A DNA stretch of 64,000 bases, taken from contig CAWAXX010000024.1 of assembly GCA_963786105.1 (NCBI GenBank), positions 64,001 to 128,000 on the forward strand, in the 5' to 3' direction. Origin of the DNA: Vulcanimicrobiota bacterium (lineage in GTDB: Bacteria; Vulcanimicrobiota; Vulcanimicrobiia; Vulcanimicrobiales; Vulcanimicrobiaceae). Under the pieces are notes generated by a model. It was given only the letters and a program-made list of their open reading frames with translations. It was not told where the DNA came from and did no database searches. This document shows positions 33,880 through 43,503 of the stretch, piece after piece (within the stretch, counting starts at the first letter, position 1; each line of letters starts with the position of its first letter). The position numbers and the translations under genes were made by a program.

Positions 33880-35277
33880 TTAATCGTCGTCCGGCGGCCG
33901 GCCGTCGGGAGCTTCGTTTTCGAAGTCGGCGGCCTTGAGGCGGCTGGGAATGGGAACGAACGATCGCGGCGGCTGTGAGAAATCGAAGCAGTCCGTTTCG
34001 GGGGAGTTGGCGCGGGTGTCGGAAGCAGCCAATCGCGGAAGGCCGAACTGGTCTTCGACGAACTTGAGGATACTGCCGTTCTCGTATTGCACGTGCGAGA
34101 CGTAGTTCTGCTTCGCGTAGGCCGAGATGACGATCAACGGCACGCGCACCCCCAGTCCGTCGTAGTCGACGAACGGCGGGGGAACGTGGTCGTACCAGCC
34201 GCCGTAGTCGTCCCACATCACGAAAATCGCCGTCGAGTCCCAATACTTCGATTTGCCGACGGCGTTGACGAGCGACGCGACCCAGTGCGGCCCTTGGTTC
34301 GTATCGCAACCGGCGTGGTCCGAGTTCTTGCAAAGCGGCGTCACCCAGCTCACCGAAGGCAACGCCCCGCCGTTGACGTCTTTGAAGAACCCCGTCGGCG
34401 GGCTGATCACGTGCTTGCTCCACCCCGGGCCGTCGCGGACGTGTTTGATTGCTTGGTACGCGCTCCAGATGCCGCCGTGATAAACTTCGTTGATATTCGC
34501 GGCATAGTAGCGCCACGAAAGCCCCGCGTCGTCGAGCTCGTCGCCCAGCGTCTGGTAATCGAAACATGCGGCGATCGGGCTTCCGTACTTACGCTTCTGC
34601 GTCACGGTTTCAATGCGGTCGTGCGGTCCGCCGTCGCAGCCCCACGGGGGGTGCTGCGGATAATCGACGGCGGAGTCGGACTGACCGGCGATCAGGTATT
34701 GATGCGAAACGAAGCTGCTGCCGTCGAAGTTTGAAGCAAACGTCTTATCGGCCAACACGTACTGCTTGGCCATGGCGACGTACGGTTGCGTCTCGCTGCT
34801 CGGGACGTAGGTATATTGCGGATGCGCGTTCGGACACGGCGGCTGCCCCGTGCCGCCGCAGTTGACCTTCTCTTGGTTGAAGCCGTTCATCTTGCAGTGC
34901 GTGCCGGGAATAGGCCCCCACCCGTTGCAAGCCAGGAAAAAAGCTTGGGAATTATGCGAGACGTCCCACAACACTTGGAATCCGACCGGCGCAAGCGCAA
35001 GGCGCTTACCGTTGCTCGAGTAACCGTACGACTGCGTGTCGGCGCCCGGAAAGCCTTGAAACAGGTTGTCGAAGCTGCGATTTTCTTGCACGATGATGAC
35101 GACGTGCTTGATCTTTCCCGAAGCCATGGAGCTAAGGTTACCGAGCAAGGCAGGGGGCGCCGGGTTCGCGATGGGAACGTCCACCGCCGGCGAGGCGCCG
35201 GTCCCCGCGCAGGCAGCGAGAATAACCGCCGCCAATGCGACGATAAGAGCTCGGCAGTTGACGGGAACCCTTTGCAT
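33880..35277 (-). CDS. phospholipase C/AcpA-type phosphoesterase lipoprotein, tandem paralog of 32512..33870
   Basis: ATG 35277 behind GGAG; lipobox LAAC; QENRSFDN, GSSFVSH, SDH, WDDYGGWYDHV. Confidence 0.92.
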   Translation of the reverse strand: MQRVPVNCRALIVALAAVILAACAGTGASPAVDVPIANPAPPALLGNLSSMASGKIKHVVIIVQENRSFDNLFQGFPGADTQSYGYSSNGKRLALAPVGFQVLWDVSHNSQAFFLACNGWGPIPGTHCKMNGFNQEKVNCGGTGQPPCPNAHPQYTYVPSSETQPYVAMAKQYVLADKTFASNFDGSSFVSHQYLIAGQSDSAVDYPQHPPWGCDGGPHDRIETVTQKRKYGSPIAACFDYQTLGDELDDAGLSWRYYAANINEVYHGGIWSAYQAIKHVRDGPGWSKHVISPPTGFFKDVNGGALPSVSWVTPLCKNSDHAGCDTNQGPHWVASLVNAVGKSKYWDSTAIFVMWDDYGGWYDHVPPPFVDYDGLGVRVPLIVISAYAKQNYVSHVQYENGSILKFVEDQFGLPRLAASDTRANSPETDCFDFSQPPRSFVPIPSRLKAADFENEAPDGRPPDDD

Positions 35278-35421
35278 ACTGTCTCCGTTCAATCCTCAGC
35301 AGAAAGAACGTCTTCGAATCGTTCCTCAGTAGCAATTCCGTGGCCTTCTAATCTGCGACGCGCGGCGGCCGAAGGTGGAACACCGTCGTACTTTCGCGAA
35401 TAGAGCCTCGGAGCTATTCAC

Positions 35422-36675
35422 ATGCGAACGACCTTCTTACCCGTGGTTCTCTTTGCGTTTGCGGCGGCCGGCTGCGGGCGCGGCGCGGTGACGTCGTCGA
35501 TCCCGGCGTACGCACCAAATGCAACCGCGGCGCAGTCGCCGGCCACCAGCCCCTATCGAACCCTCTACGGCTTCAAAGGCGCGCCGGACGGTGCGATGCC
35601 GGAGGCCGGTGTGCTTGCCGTAAACGATGTGGTATACGGAACGACGTACGGCGGCGGCAGAGTTTCTGGTTGCAGCAGCGGTTCGGGCGCGGGTTGCGGG
35701 ACCGTATTCCGAGTGCATCTGTCGGGCATCGAGCGCATCATCCACCGGTTTGGAAGCGGCGGTGACGGTGCCAATCCTCGTGGCGATCTGATCGCCAGGA
35801 ACGGCTTACTGTACGGCACGACGGAAAACGGGGGCGCGAGCGGAAACGGAGCGATCTTCAAGGTAAACGCGTTCGGCGCGGAAAGCGTGCTCTACAGTTT
35901 TAACGGAATCCCGGACGGCGCAAAACCGCGAGCCGGACTTTTGGACGTAAAAGGCGTGCTGTACGGTACGACGTTCGGCGGTGGCAATACCGGCTGTTTC
36001 GACAGTCCGAGCGGGTGCGGCACGGCGTTCCAAGTGAGCACGTCGGGAAGCGAGCGCGTTCTCCACCGGTTCGGAATCCGTCCGGACGGCTCGTTCCCCG
36101 AATCGAATCTTGCCGCGATGCACGGCCTGTTCTACGGCACGACGTTGAAGCGCACGGCGAACGAAGGTGGTGCGACGTGCGGCACCGGCGACGGATGCGG
36201 GGTCGTGTTCCAAATGAGCGCGTCCGGCCAGGAAAGCGTACTCTACCGCTTTTTAAAGAGGCCCGACGGCTCGAACCCGGCGGCGGGCCTCACCGCCTTA
36301 GGCGGAAATTTTTACGGGACGACTACCAGCGGCGGTGCGAGCGGCAAGGGAACCGTTTTCGAGGTGAACACGTCGGGCGTGGAGCAGGTGTTGCACGGGT
36401 TTAAGGGTTATGGCGACGGCGCGAACCCGTACGGTGGTTTGCTCGCGTTCAACGGCCTGCTTTACGGCACGACCTACAATGGCGGGAAGTACGGCAAAGG
36501 GACGCTTTTCAAGATCGATACGTCCGGTGCCAAAACCGTGCTCCACGACTTCGGAGAGGGCAGCGATGGCGCGCACCCCCACGGGAGTCTCATCATCTAC
36601 GGCGGGGTGCTGTACGGAACCACGGAGTTCGGCGGCGCGAAAAACTTCGGGACAGTCTTTTCGCGATTACCGTGA
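35422..36675 (+). CDS. lipoprotein with 7 tandem GloVer-type (choice-of-anchor) repeats
   Basis: Lipobox AAGC; seven repeats of E.VL[HY].F...DG..P...L....G.LYGTT..GG...GTVF. Confidence 0.88.
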   Translation: MRTTFLPVVLFAFAAAGCGRGAVTSSIPAYAPNATAAQSPATSPYRTLYGFKGAPDGAMPEAGVLAVNDVVYGTTYGGGRVSGCSSGSGAGCGTVFRVHLSGIERIIHRFGSGGDGANPRGDLIARNGLLYGTTENGGASGNGAIFKVNAFGAESVLYSFNGIPDGAKPRAGLLDVKGVLYGTTFGGGNTGCFDSPSGCGTAFQVSTSGSERVLHRFGIRPDGSFPESNLAAMHGLFYGTTLKRTANEGGATCGTGDGCGVVFQMSASGQESVLYRFLKRPDGSNPAAGLTALGGNFYGTTTSGGASGKGTVFEVNTSGVEQVLHGFKGYGDGANPYGGLLAFNGLLYGTTYNGGKYGKGTLFKIDTSGAKTVLHDFGEGSDGAHPHGSLIIYGGVLYGTTEFGGAKNFGTVFSRLP

Positions 36676-37781
36676 CGTCTTTGCGAGTTCCGTCGACGCT
36701 TGCGGCCGTCTTTTTACTGACCGCGTGCAGCGGCCCTGCCTTTCCGGCAGCCGCGCCGCACGCCCTCACCCAGCGATCCACGATCGCCGGCATGGGTGGT
36801 GGCGATGCGGCGCCGGCGTGCCGCACTCAAACGTGTATCTACGTCACTAATAACGCCTTCTACGGTCACTACCGCCAGGGGAATAAGGTGCTCGTCTTCC
36901 CTCGCGACGCCAGCGGCAACGTCGCGCCGATCGCTACGATCGAAGGCAAGGCTACCGGTTTGAAATATCCTCGTGCGATTGCCCTCGATCGCGGCCGAAA
37001 AGTGTACGTCTCGAATTTCACGCCGTCCGAAAGTGGTAGCAACGTAACCGTTTACGGCGCCGGCGCGACCGGCAACGTCTCTCCTCTCCAAAATATTACC
37101 GGCTCGAACACCGGCCTCTACGCTCCCACGTCGGTATCTGTCGATGCGGACGCCAACATTTACGCTACCGATATGTACGGCGTCGCCTCCGGCTGCTCCA
37201 ATCCGACGCAGGGATGCTGGGACCTCAACGTCTACGCCGCCGGCTCCAACGGCAACGTCGCGCCCGTCCGGAGCATCCGCGGCCCTGCGACGAAACTCTA
37301 CTACGTCTACGGTTCCGCGGTCGATTCCGGCGGCAACGTGTACGCGGCGAACGGTTATCATTCCGGCTGCTGCATTACCGTGTACGCACCCGGCGCAACC
37401 GGCAACGTCAAGCCCATCAGGAACATCAGCGGCTCGAAAACGCAGCTGGCCGTGCCCGTAGGACTCGCCCTGGACGTTCGCGGTAACGTCTACGTCTTGA
37501 ACGCGGAGGGAAGCCCCACGCGCAGCGTGACCGTGTATGCCGCCGGAGCGAACGGGAACGTCAAGCCCATTCGCGCGATCGTCGGTCAAAAGACGGGATT
37601 GTACGCTGCCCCGGACGCCTTGGCGGTCGACGGGAGCGGGCGGGTGTACGTGCTCCAATCGGGGGCCGCGAATTCGATTTCCGTCTTCGCGGCCGGCGCT
37701 AACGGCAACGTCGCGCCGGTCCGCGTGATCCAAGGGAACAACACCGGGATGACGAGCCCCTGGGGCATCGCCGTTCGTTAG
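36672..37781 (+). CDS. lipoprotein with 6 NHL-like beta-propeller repeats
   Basis: Lipobox LTAC; six repeats of VYAAGA.GNV.P.R.I.G..T.L..P....VD..G.VYV. Confidence 0.85.
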   Translation: MTSLRVPSTLAAVFLLTACSGPAFPAAAPHALTQRSTIAGMGGGDAAPACRTQTCIYVTNNAFYGHYRQGNKVLVFPRDASGNVAPIATIEGKATGLKYPRAIALDRGRKVYVSNFTPSESGSNVTVYGAGATGNVSPLQNITGSNTGLYAPTSVSVDADANIYATDMYGVASGCSNPTQGCWDLNVYAAGSNGNVAPVRSIRGPATKLYYVYGSAVDSGGNVYAANGYHSGCCITVYAPGATGNVKPIRNISGSKTQLAVPVGLALDVRGNVYVLNAEGSPTRSVTVYAAGANGNVKPIRAIVGQKTGLYAAPDALAVDGSGRVYVLQSGAANSISVFAAGANGNVAPVRVIQGNNTGMTSPWGIAVR

Positions 37782-37793
37782 GAGTCACGTCAC

Positions 37794-38183
37794 ATGCCGC
37801 GATTTTTGCATACGTCCATCTTCGTCAACGACATGAACGAGTCGATCGATTTTTACACCCACAAGCTCGGGCTAAAACTCCTTGGCGGACCGCATCACTA
37901 TCCGGGCAACTGCGACATGGCGTTCGTCGGCAACGATTGGAATGCGTACGTCGAGCTGGTGTACGATCTCGAAGAACATCCGCCGTACGAGATCGGTAAT
38001 CGTTACGAGCATCTCGCCCTGGAAGCCGACGGCGACCTGGGAGAATACGTCGATGGCCTGAAGAAAAAAGGCGTGAAGATCCTCAAAGACGTGTATAAGT
38101 CTCCAAGCGGAACGCGCGCAATTGCCTTCGTCGAAGATCCCAACGGCATCCCGGTGGAGCTCTTGGAACCCCGGCCACACTGA
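37794..38183 (+). CDS. VOC family protein (glyoxalase I-like)
   Basis: LHTSIFV..S.DFY..LG, VEL, YEHLA, FVEDPNGIPVEL. Confidence 0.9.
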   Translation: MPRFLHTSIFVNDMNESIDFYTHKLGLKLLGGPHHYPGNCDMAFVGNDWNAYVELVYDLEEHPPYEIGNRYEHLALEADGDLGEYVDGLKKKGVKILKDVYKSPSGTRAIAFVEDPNGIPVELLEPRPH

Positions 38184-38196
38184 AGCCGCCGCGCGG

Positions 38197-39330
38197 TCAG
38201 CGGTAGATAAACGGATCGGCGGGCGGGGCGATGCGCTCGATGCTGCGAGCGACGAGCCGCGGCGCGCCGGCGTGAATTTCGATAGCTCCGTCGGCGCGCA
38301 ACCACGTTCCGGCGGGAAACGGGGGCCGCTGCGCGAGCCGCACGGCTACCGGCGCCGCGTCGGCGCGGCAGCACACAATCGCGTAGCGCACCAAGGCAGC
38401 GTCGTTCGCGTCGCGCGTCAGCGTGCCGGTGAACGTCAGGCGTTCTCCTGGAAAGAGGTCGCTTAGCGTCGTTTCCGTCGCGCGATACGCCGGCGGTGGC
38501 GCCGTAACGAGCGCGCCGAGCAGCATGAGTGCGGGGGCCAGCCGCGTGCAAGGGTTGCGCCGCGTGCGGTGAATCGACGCCAGAACGAGCGCGACGGCAC
38601 CGCACGCAAGCAACGCACCGGCGATGGCCGGGTGTACCAAAGCGCCGCCGTGCCGCCAGCCGACGATGCCGAGCGCGCACGCGAGCAGAACGTACGCAAA
38701 AACGTCGTGCGCTTGTCCGCGATGCGTTCGGCACGAAACGAGCGTACGCAGGTCGGCGATTCCGGCGATGCAGAGAAACGCCGCTGCGGCCAGCGGCGCT
38801 CGCCCGTGCAGCGCGCCGGCCACGCCGATCGCGCCGATTCCGCACGGCGCGGTCGCGAAGCCGAGGAGCGCACCGCCGAAAATCTGCATGGACGGCGCCA
38901 ACGGTCGCGCGTCGGCCAACGTTGCGAACTGCGTCACCGCGCCGGCGATCGCCGCCGCGGGCACGATGGCGGCCAGTTCGTCGAGCAGCTCGGGGCTCTC
39001 GTGCGGAGTTTTGGCGTCCGTGAATCGAGCCACGACGACCGCTGCGACGAAGCGTGCGATTGCGACGAGTGGGCCAAAAACGAGCCAGGCGGCGGCCGCC
39101 GCAGGCAGCGATCGCGCGGAAGGACCGGATCCGCAGCCGCACCCGAGATACGCGGTTACGTGCCGGCAACGTACGAGATGCGCCACGGCGACGCCCGCGA
39201 GCAAGAACGGCGTCGCTTCAAAGAGCGCGCTCGCCGACGTCGCCAGTGCGGAACGCAACGCGTCCGGTGACGAAAGCATCGCGACGGCGACGGCGGCTGC
39301 GACAAAGAGCGTAACGCGCATGCCGGCCAA
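38197..39330 (-). CDS. permease (DUF318/YcgR-like) fused to DUF1980/YcgQ-like C-terminal domain
   Basis: FEATPFLLAG and GCGCG N-terminally; RYAIVCCRADA and PPADPFIY C-terminally. Confidence 0.65.
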   Translation of the reverse strand: MAGMRVTLFVAAAVAVAMLSSPDALRSALATSASALFEATPFLLAGVAVAHLVRCRHVTAYLGCGCGSGPSARSLPAAAAAWLVFGPLVAIARFVAAVVVARFTDAKTPHESPELLDELAAIVPAAAIAGAVTQFATLADARPLAPSMQIFGGALLGFATAPCGIGAIGVAGALHGRAPLAAAAFLCIAGIADLRTLVSCRTHRGQAHDVFAYVLLACALGIVGWRHGGALVHPAIAGALLACGAVALVLASIHRTRRNPCTRLAPALMLLGALVTAPPPAYRATETTLSDLFPGERLTFTGTLTRDANDAALVRYAIVCCRADAAPVAVRLAQRPPFPAGTWLRADGAIEIHAGAPRLVARSIERIAPPADPFIYR

Positions 39331-39405
39331 TCCCGCTTAGCGCTGATCGCCGCAATCGAGGGTGCGCGTCCGGGAACCCCCGGGGTATCCGCGAAGTTCC
39401 GCTCC

Positions 39406-39681
39406 ATGCAGCGAATTGCCGCAAAGACCGGCAGGACATTCGAAGCGGTGGTCTGGATCGTGGCGGCAATCGCGGCGTGCTATCTGATCGCCGGCGCGTA
39501 TTACGGGTATCTGGTGGGACGCACGATGCACGAGGCCAAAGCCTCGAATCCAATGATCGCCATCGTTGCCGGCGCGGTCGGCCGCAATGCGTCCGAACAA
39601 TTTGCCATCGTCAAAATGAACGTGCCGGACTACATCGTTAGGGCCCCGACCTTCTGGGTCGCGCTGCGCATGAACGAGTGA
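39406..39681 (+). CDS. small hypothetical membrane protein
   Basis: 91 aa with one TM helix; stop overlaps the hisS start. Confidence 0.6.
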   Translation: MQRIAAKTGRTFEAVVWIVAAIAACYLIAGAYYGYLVGRTMHEAKASNPMIAIVAGAVGRNASEQFAIVKMNVPDYIVRAPTFWVALRMNE

Positions 39682-40958
39682 TGCCGGCAAAATATACGGC
39701 ACCGCGCGGAACGCAGGATTTCTATCCGCCCGACTCGGCGCGCTGGAACGCGCTCGAAGCGCGCATTCGCACCTTGGCCGAGCGATTCGGCTACGGAGAA
39801 ATCCGCACGCCGCTGTTTGAGTCGACCGAGCTCTTCGTGCGCGGCGTCGGCGATACGACGGACATCGTCGAAAAAGAGATGTACCGGTTCAAAGACCGGG
39901 GCGATCGCGATATGGCGTTGCGTCCCGAATGGACCGCTCCGGTCGTGCGCGCCGCGCTCGAACACCATCTCTTCGCGCAGGGCCCCTTGCGCTTGTACTA
40001 CATCGGGCCGATCTTTCGATACGAACGCCCGCAAAAGGGCCGCTACCGCCAGTCGCATCAGTTCGGCGTCGAATGCTTCGGATTTGCCGGGCCCGAAGCC
40101 GATTTGGAAGCGATCGCCCTGGCTTGGGAGCTGACGCGCGATTACGGCATCGACGATGCGGTGCTCAACGTCAATTCGCTGGGCGACGACGCGTGCCGCC
40201 CCCGATATCGCCAGGCGCTCCTCGAACATTTTCGCCCGAATCTCGCGAAGCTGAGCGACGATTCGCGCCGGCGGCTGGAACGCAACCCGATGCGGTTGCT
40301 CGACAGCAAGGATCCCGCCGACGTGCCCTACGTCGAAAGCGCGCCGACCTTGGAATCGGCGCTGTGCGACGCGTGCCGCGAACACTTCGAGGCACTCAAA
40401 GCGTATTTGGATCTCGCCGGAATCCCATTCGTCGTGAATCCGCGCATCGTACGCGGCCTCGATTACTACAACCGAACCGTGTTTGAAATTACGTCGAACG
40501 TGTTGGGCGCGCAGAGCGCCGTTTGCGGCGGCGGCCGCTACGACGGATTGGTACGATCGCTGGGAGGGCCGGACGTTCCAGCCGTCGGCTTCGCGCTCGG
40601 GTTGGAGCGCTTCTTGCTAATGCTCGAAGCGCTGGCAATTGCCGGCGACCCTCCGCGGCGAGGAGTTCAGGCGATCGCGCTGGGTGCACAAGCCCGAGCT
40701 GCCCTCGTTCCGATCGTCACCGAACTGCGGCGCAGCCTCGACGAACCGACGTTTACCGATTACGAGGAGCGTAAGCTGCTGGCGCATTTGAAAATCGCCG
40801 ATCGCAATCGCGCGCGCTACGCGCTGATTCTCGGCTCGCAGGAGCTAGCCGCCGGCGAACTCGTGCTGCGCGATTTGGAGAACCGCACCGACCGCCGCCT
40901 TCCTATCGGCTCCGGAAAAGACGTTGCCGCCGCACTCGTAGAAGCAGAGGTTCACTAG
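39681..40958 (+). CDS. hisS: histidine--tRNA ligase
   Basis: PRGTQD, TPLFESTELF, FRYERPQKGRYRQ, VRGLDYY, GGGRYD. Confidence 0.97.
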   Translation: MPAKYTAPRGTQDFYPPDSARWNALEARIRTLAERFGYGEIRTPLFESTELFVRGVGDTTDIVEKEMYRFKDRGDRDMALRPEWTAPVVRAALEHHLFAQGPLRLYYIGPIFRYERPQKGRYRQSHQFGVECFGFAGPEADLEAIALAWELTRDYGIDDAVLNVNSLGDDACRPRYRQALLEHFRPNLAKLSDDSRRRLERNPMRLLDSKDPADVPYVESAPTLESALCDACREHFEALKAYLDLAGIPFVVNPRIVRGLDYYNRTVFEITSNVLGAQSAVCGGGRYDGLVRSLGGPDVPAVGFALGLERFLLMLEALAIAGDPPRRGVQAIALGAQARAALVPIVTELRRSLDEPTFTDYEERKLLAHLKIADRNRARYALILGSQELAAGELVLRDLENRTDRRLPIGSGKDVAAALVEAEVH

Positions 40959-40960
40959 TG

Positions 40961-41417
40961 ATGGATGAAGAGCACGATCGCGAACGGCAGATCCTCACCG
41001 ACCTGCTCGCGCTTATGCACGAGCACGATCTCGATCGGCTTAAGATTAAGCTGGGGGACGCGGTCTACGAAATCGATCGCCGCGCTCCGGGACCGCCGGC
41101 GCTCCGCCGCTGCGGTGCCCGGAACAGCCACCGGTGGCCCGGTGGATTCGGTCGAGCCGGTTCCCTCCGCCGGCGCCCACGTCAAGCGGGTGACGGCGCC
41201 GCTGACCGGCGTCTTTTACCGGTCGTCGTCACCCGATACCGAGGCATTCGTCGACGTCGGCGACCGCGTCGAAAACGGCGACGTGCTGTGCATTCTCGAA
41301 GCGATGAAGCTTTTCAACGAAATTCAGAGCGACTACGCGGGAACGATCGTGCGCATTCTTCCCGAAAATGGCGAGTTGGTCTCGCAAGGCGCCGATCTCT
41401 TCTGGATCGAGCCGTAA
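40961..41417 (+). CDS. accB: acetyl-CoA carboxylase biotin carboxyl carrier protein (one apparent +1 frameshift)
   Basis: N-terminus MDEEHDRERQIL..DLDRLKI in one frame; APLTGVFYRS, EAMKLFNEI biotinyl motif in the next; shift in linker ~41085-41105. Confidence 0.9.
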
Positions 41418-41428
41418 GAAGCGCGACG

Positions 41429-42022
41429 ATGACCGACGTCATGGGGAAGCGCGGCTTCGACGAGTTATTGGCCGACCGGCGCGGCCTGCTCGAGGCGCCG
41501 CACTACCGCGCGCAAGTCGAGGCCATCGCGGGTGCGATCGTGGAAGCGCTGCGCGCGCAGAAGAAGGTCTTGTGGTGCGGTAACGGCGGCAGCGCGGCCG
41601 AGGCGCAGCACATGGCCGCCGAACTCTCGGGCCGGTTCTTGCGCGAACGACCGGGACTCTACAGCGAAGCGCTGTCGGTCAACTCGTCGGCATTGACGTG
41701 CATCGGAAACGACTACGGCTACGACCGCGTCTTCTCGCGTCAAGTTGAAGCGTTCGCCCGTCCCGGCGACGTCGTGATCGGAATGACGACCAGCGGCAGC
41801 TCCCGCAACGTCGTGCTCGCGCTCGAAGCGGCCAAGAAATGTCGCGCGCTAGCCGTGGCGTTCACCGGCAACGGCGGCGGTCGCGTCGCCGAGATCGCCG
41901 ATTTGACGTTGATGGGTCCGGACGGTTATGCCGCCATCGTCCAAGAAGTGCACCAAGTCATGGCTCACATCGTATGCGATTTGGTGGAACAGCGGCTAAT
42001 CTTCGAGGATGGCCTTCATTAG
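41429..42022 (+). CDS. gmhA: D-sedoheptulose 7-phosphate isomerase
   Basis: CGNGGSAAEAQH, GNDYG, FSRQ, TTSGSS, QEVH. Confidence 0.95.
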   Translation: MTDVMGKRGFDELLADRRGLLEAPHYRAQVEAIAGAIVEALRAQKKVLWCGNGGSAAEAQHMAAELSGRFLRERPGLYSEALSVNSSALTCIGNDYGYDRVFSRQVEAFARPGDVVIGMTTSGSSRNVVLALEAAKKCRALAVAFTGNGGGRVAEIADLTLMGPDGYAAIVQEVHQVMAHIVCDLVEQRLIFEDGLH

Positions 42023-43013
42023 TGCCGCGCTCATGCCGGCGTTGAAGCCCAGCGTCGCGCGCGCGCTACTAAAACGCACGCGCGAGCGCAAAATTCTCGT
42101 CGTCGGCGATCTCATGATCGACGAGTGGATTTGGGGAACCGTCACGCGCATTTCACCCGAGGCGCCGGTACCCGTGGTAGCCGTCAACGCGCATTCGTTC
42201 ACGCTCGGTGGAGCGGGGAACGTCGCGAACAACCTGCGCGCGCTCGATGCGAAGGTCTGGCTTGCCGGTACGGTTGGAGACGACGCCTTTGCCGAGCAGC
42301 TGCACTCGCTGCTGCGCGAAAGGAAGGTCGACGGGCGGGGAGTCTTTGCACTCGCCGGCCGGCCGACGACGCGCAAAACGCGCGTCGTCGCGCATAACCA
42401 GCAAGTCGTGCGCGCCGATTGGGAATCGGTTGCGCCGCCCACGTCCGCCGATCGGGAGCGCGTTGCCGACTTCGTCCGGCGCCGCGCACCGAAATGCGAC
42501 GCGGTCATTTTCAGCGATTACGGAAAGGGACTGCTGTCGCGCGAAATCGTGGAGGCGTCTTTCGGATGTCCGCTTATTCTGGCAGATCCCAAACCGCAGA
42601 ACATCGACATCTTTGCCGGCGTCACGTGCATTGCGCCCAACGCCGCCGAGGCGGCGGCCGTCACCGGTATCTCCTCGTCGGACGATTCCGCGCTGGAAGC
42701 CGCCGGACGCAGTCTGTTCGAGAGACTGCGATGCCAGTACGTCGTCATCACGCGCGGCGAGAGCGGAATAGCGCTGTTTGCCAAAAAAGGACGGCGGTTT
42801 CAAGTGCCGTCGGTGGCGCGCACGGTATACGACGTGAGCGGCGCGGGCGACACGGTCATCGCGACGCTGACGCTCGCACTGGCGGCCGGAGCGCCCATCG
42901 AACAGGCCGTTCAACTCGCGAACTTCGCTGCCGGTGCGGTCGTCGAGAAACTCGGGACCGCGACCGCTTCCGCCGGCGAGATTCTGGCGCTGGTCGACCA
43001 CGCGCATGTCTGA
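42009..43013 (+). CDS. rfaE1: D-glycero-beta-D-manno-heptose-7-phosphate kinase
   Basis: VVGDLMID, RISPEAPVPV, GGAGNVA, SDYGKG, DVSGAGDT. Confidence 0.93.
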   Translation: MAFISAALMPALKPSVARALLKRTRERKILVVGDLMIDEWIWGTVTRISPEAPVPVVAVNAHSFTLGGAGNVANNLRALDAKVWLAGTVGDDAFAEQLHSLLRERKVDGRGVFALAGRPTTRKTRVVAHNQQVVRADWESVAPPTSADRERVADFVRRRAPKCDAVIFSDYGKGLLSREIVEASFGCPLILADPKPQNIDIFAGVTCIAPNAAEAAAVTGISSSDDSALEAAGRSLFERLRCQYVVITRGESGIALFAKKGRRFQVPSVARTVYDVSGAGDTVIATLTLALAAGAPIEQAVQLANFAAGAVVEKLGTATASAGEILALVDHAHV

Positions 43014-43503
43014 GTTCTTTGGACGGCTGCTTGGCGTCGACGAAGCGGCCACGTGGCGAGAAGCGTTGCGTGCGGACGGGAAGACGGTCGTATTTACAAA
43101 CGGATGTTTCGACGTACTGCACGCCGGGCACGTCGAGTATCTGAACTGGGCGCGCGAGCAAGGCGACGTGCTCATCGTCGGATTGAACGATGACGCGTCG
43201 GTGCGCGCGATCAAGGGCGACGCGCGCCCGATCGTCCCCTTCGCTCAGCGCGCCCGCATACTGCTGGCTTTGCGCAGCGTCGACGTGGTCGTCGGATTCG
43301 GCGAACGAACCCCGGAAGTGCTTCTCGATCGAATTCGGCCGTCGGTTCACGTCAAGAGCGATCAATACGTCGCCGAGGAGCTACCGGAACGAAGCGTCGT
43401 TCTCCAGCACGGCGGCTCGATCGTCCTCGCGCCGCACGTCGCCGGAATCAGCACCACCGACACGATCGCGCGCATTCTGGATGCGTATAGCCGTCACGGC
43501 TAA
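43006..43503 (+). CDS. rfaE2: D-glycero-beta-D-manno-heptose 1-phosphate adenylyltransferase
   Basis: FTNGCFDVLHAGH, VGLNDD.SV..KG..RP, STT. Confidence 0.93.
   Translation: MSEFFGRLLGVDEAATWREALRADGKTVVFTNGCFDVLHAGHVEYLNWAREQGDVLIVGLNDDASVRAIKGDARPIVPFAQRARILLALRSVDVVVGFGERTPEVLLDRIRPSVHVKSDQYVAEELPERSVVLQHGGSIVLAPHVAGISTTDTIARILDAYSRHG

Noticed and set aside
35422..37781. Periodic DNA repeats such as GGCAACGTC and TACGGCACGAC as a CRISPR or repeat array
   Set aside because: They are degenerate in-frame protein repeats; no identical repeat-spacer structure and no cas genes
40958..42022. 354-aa ORF suggesting an AccB-GmhA fusion
   Set aside because: Artefact of the +1 shift in accB; the biotinyl domain lies in another frame and gmhA has its own ATG at 41429
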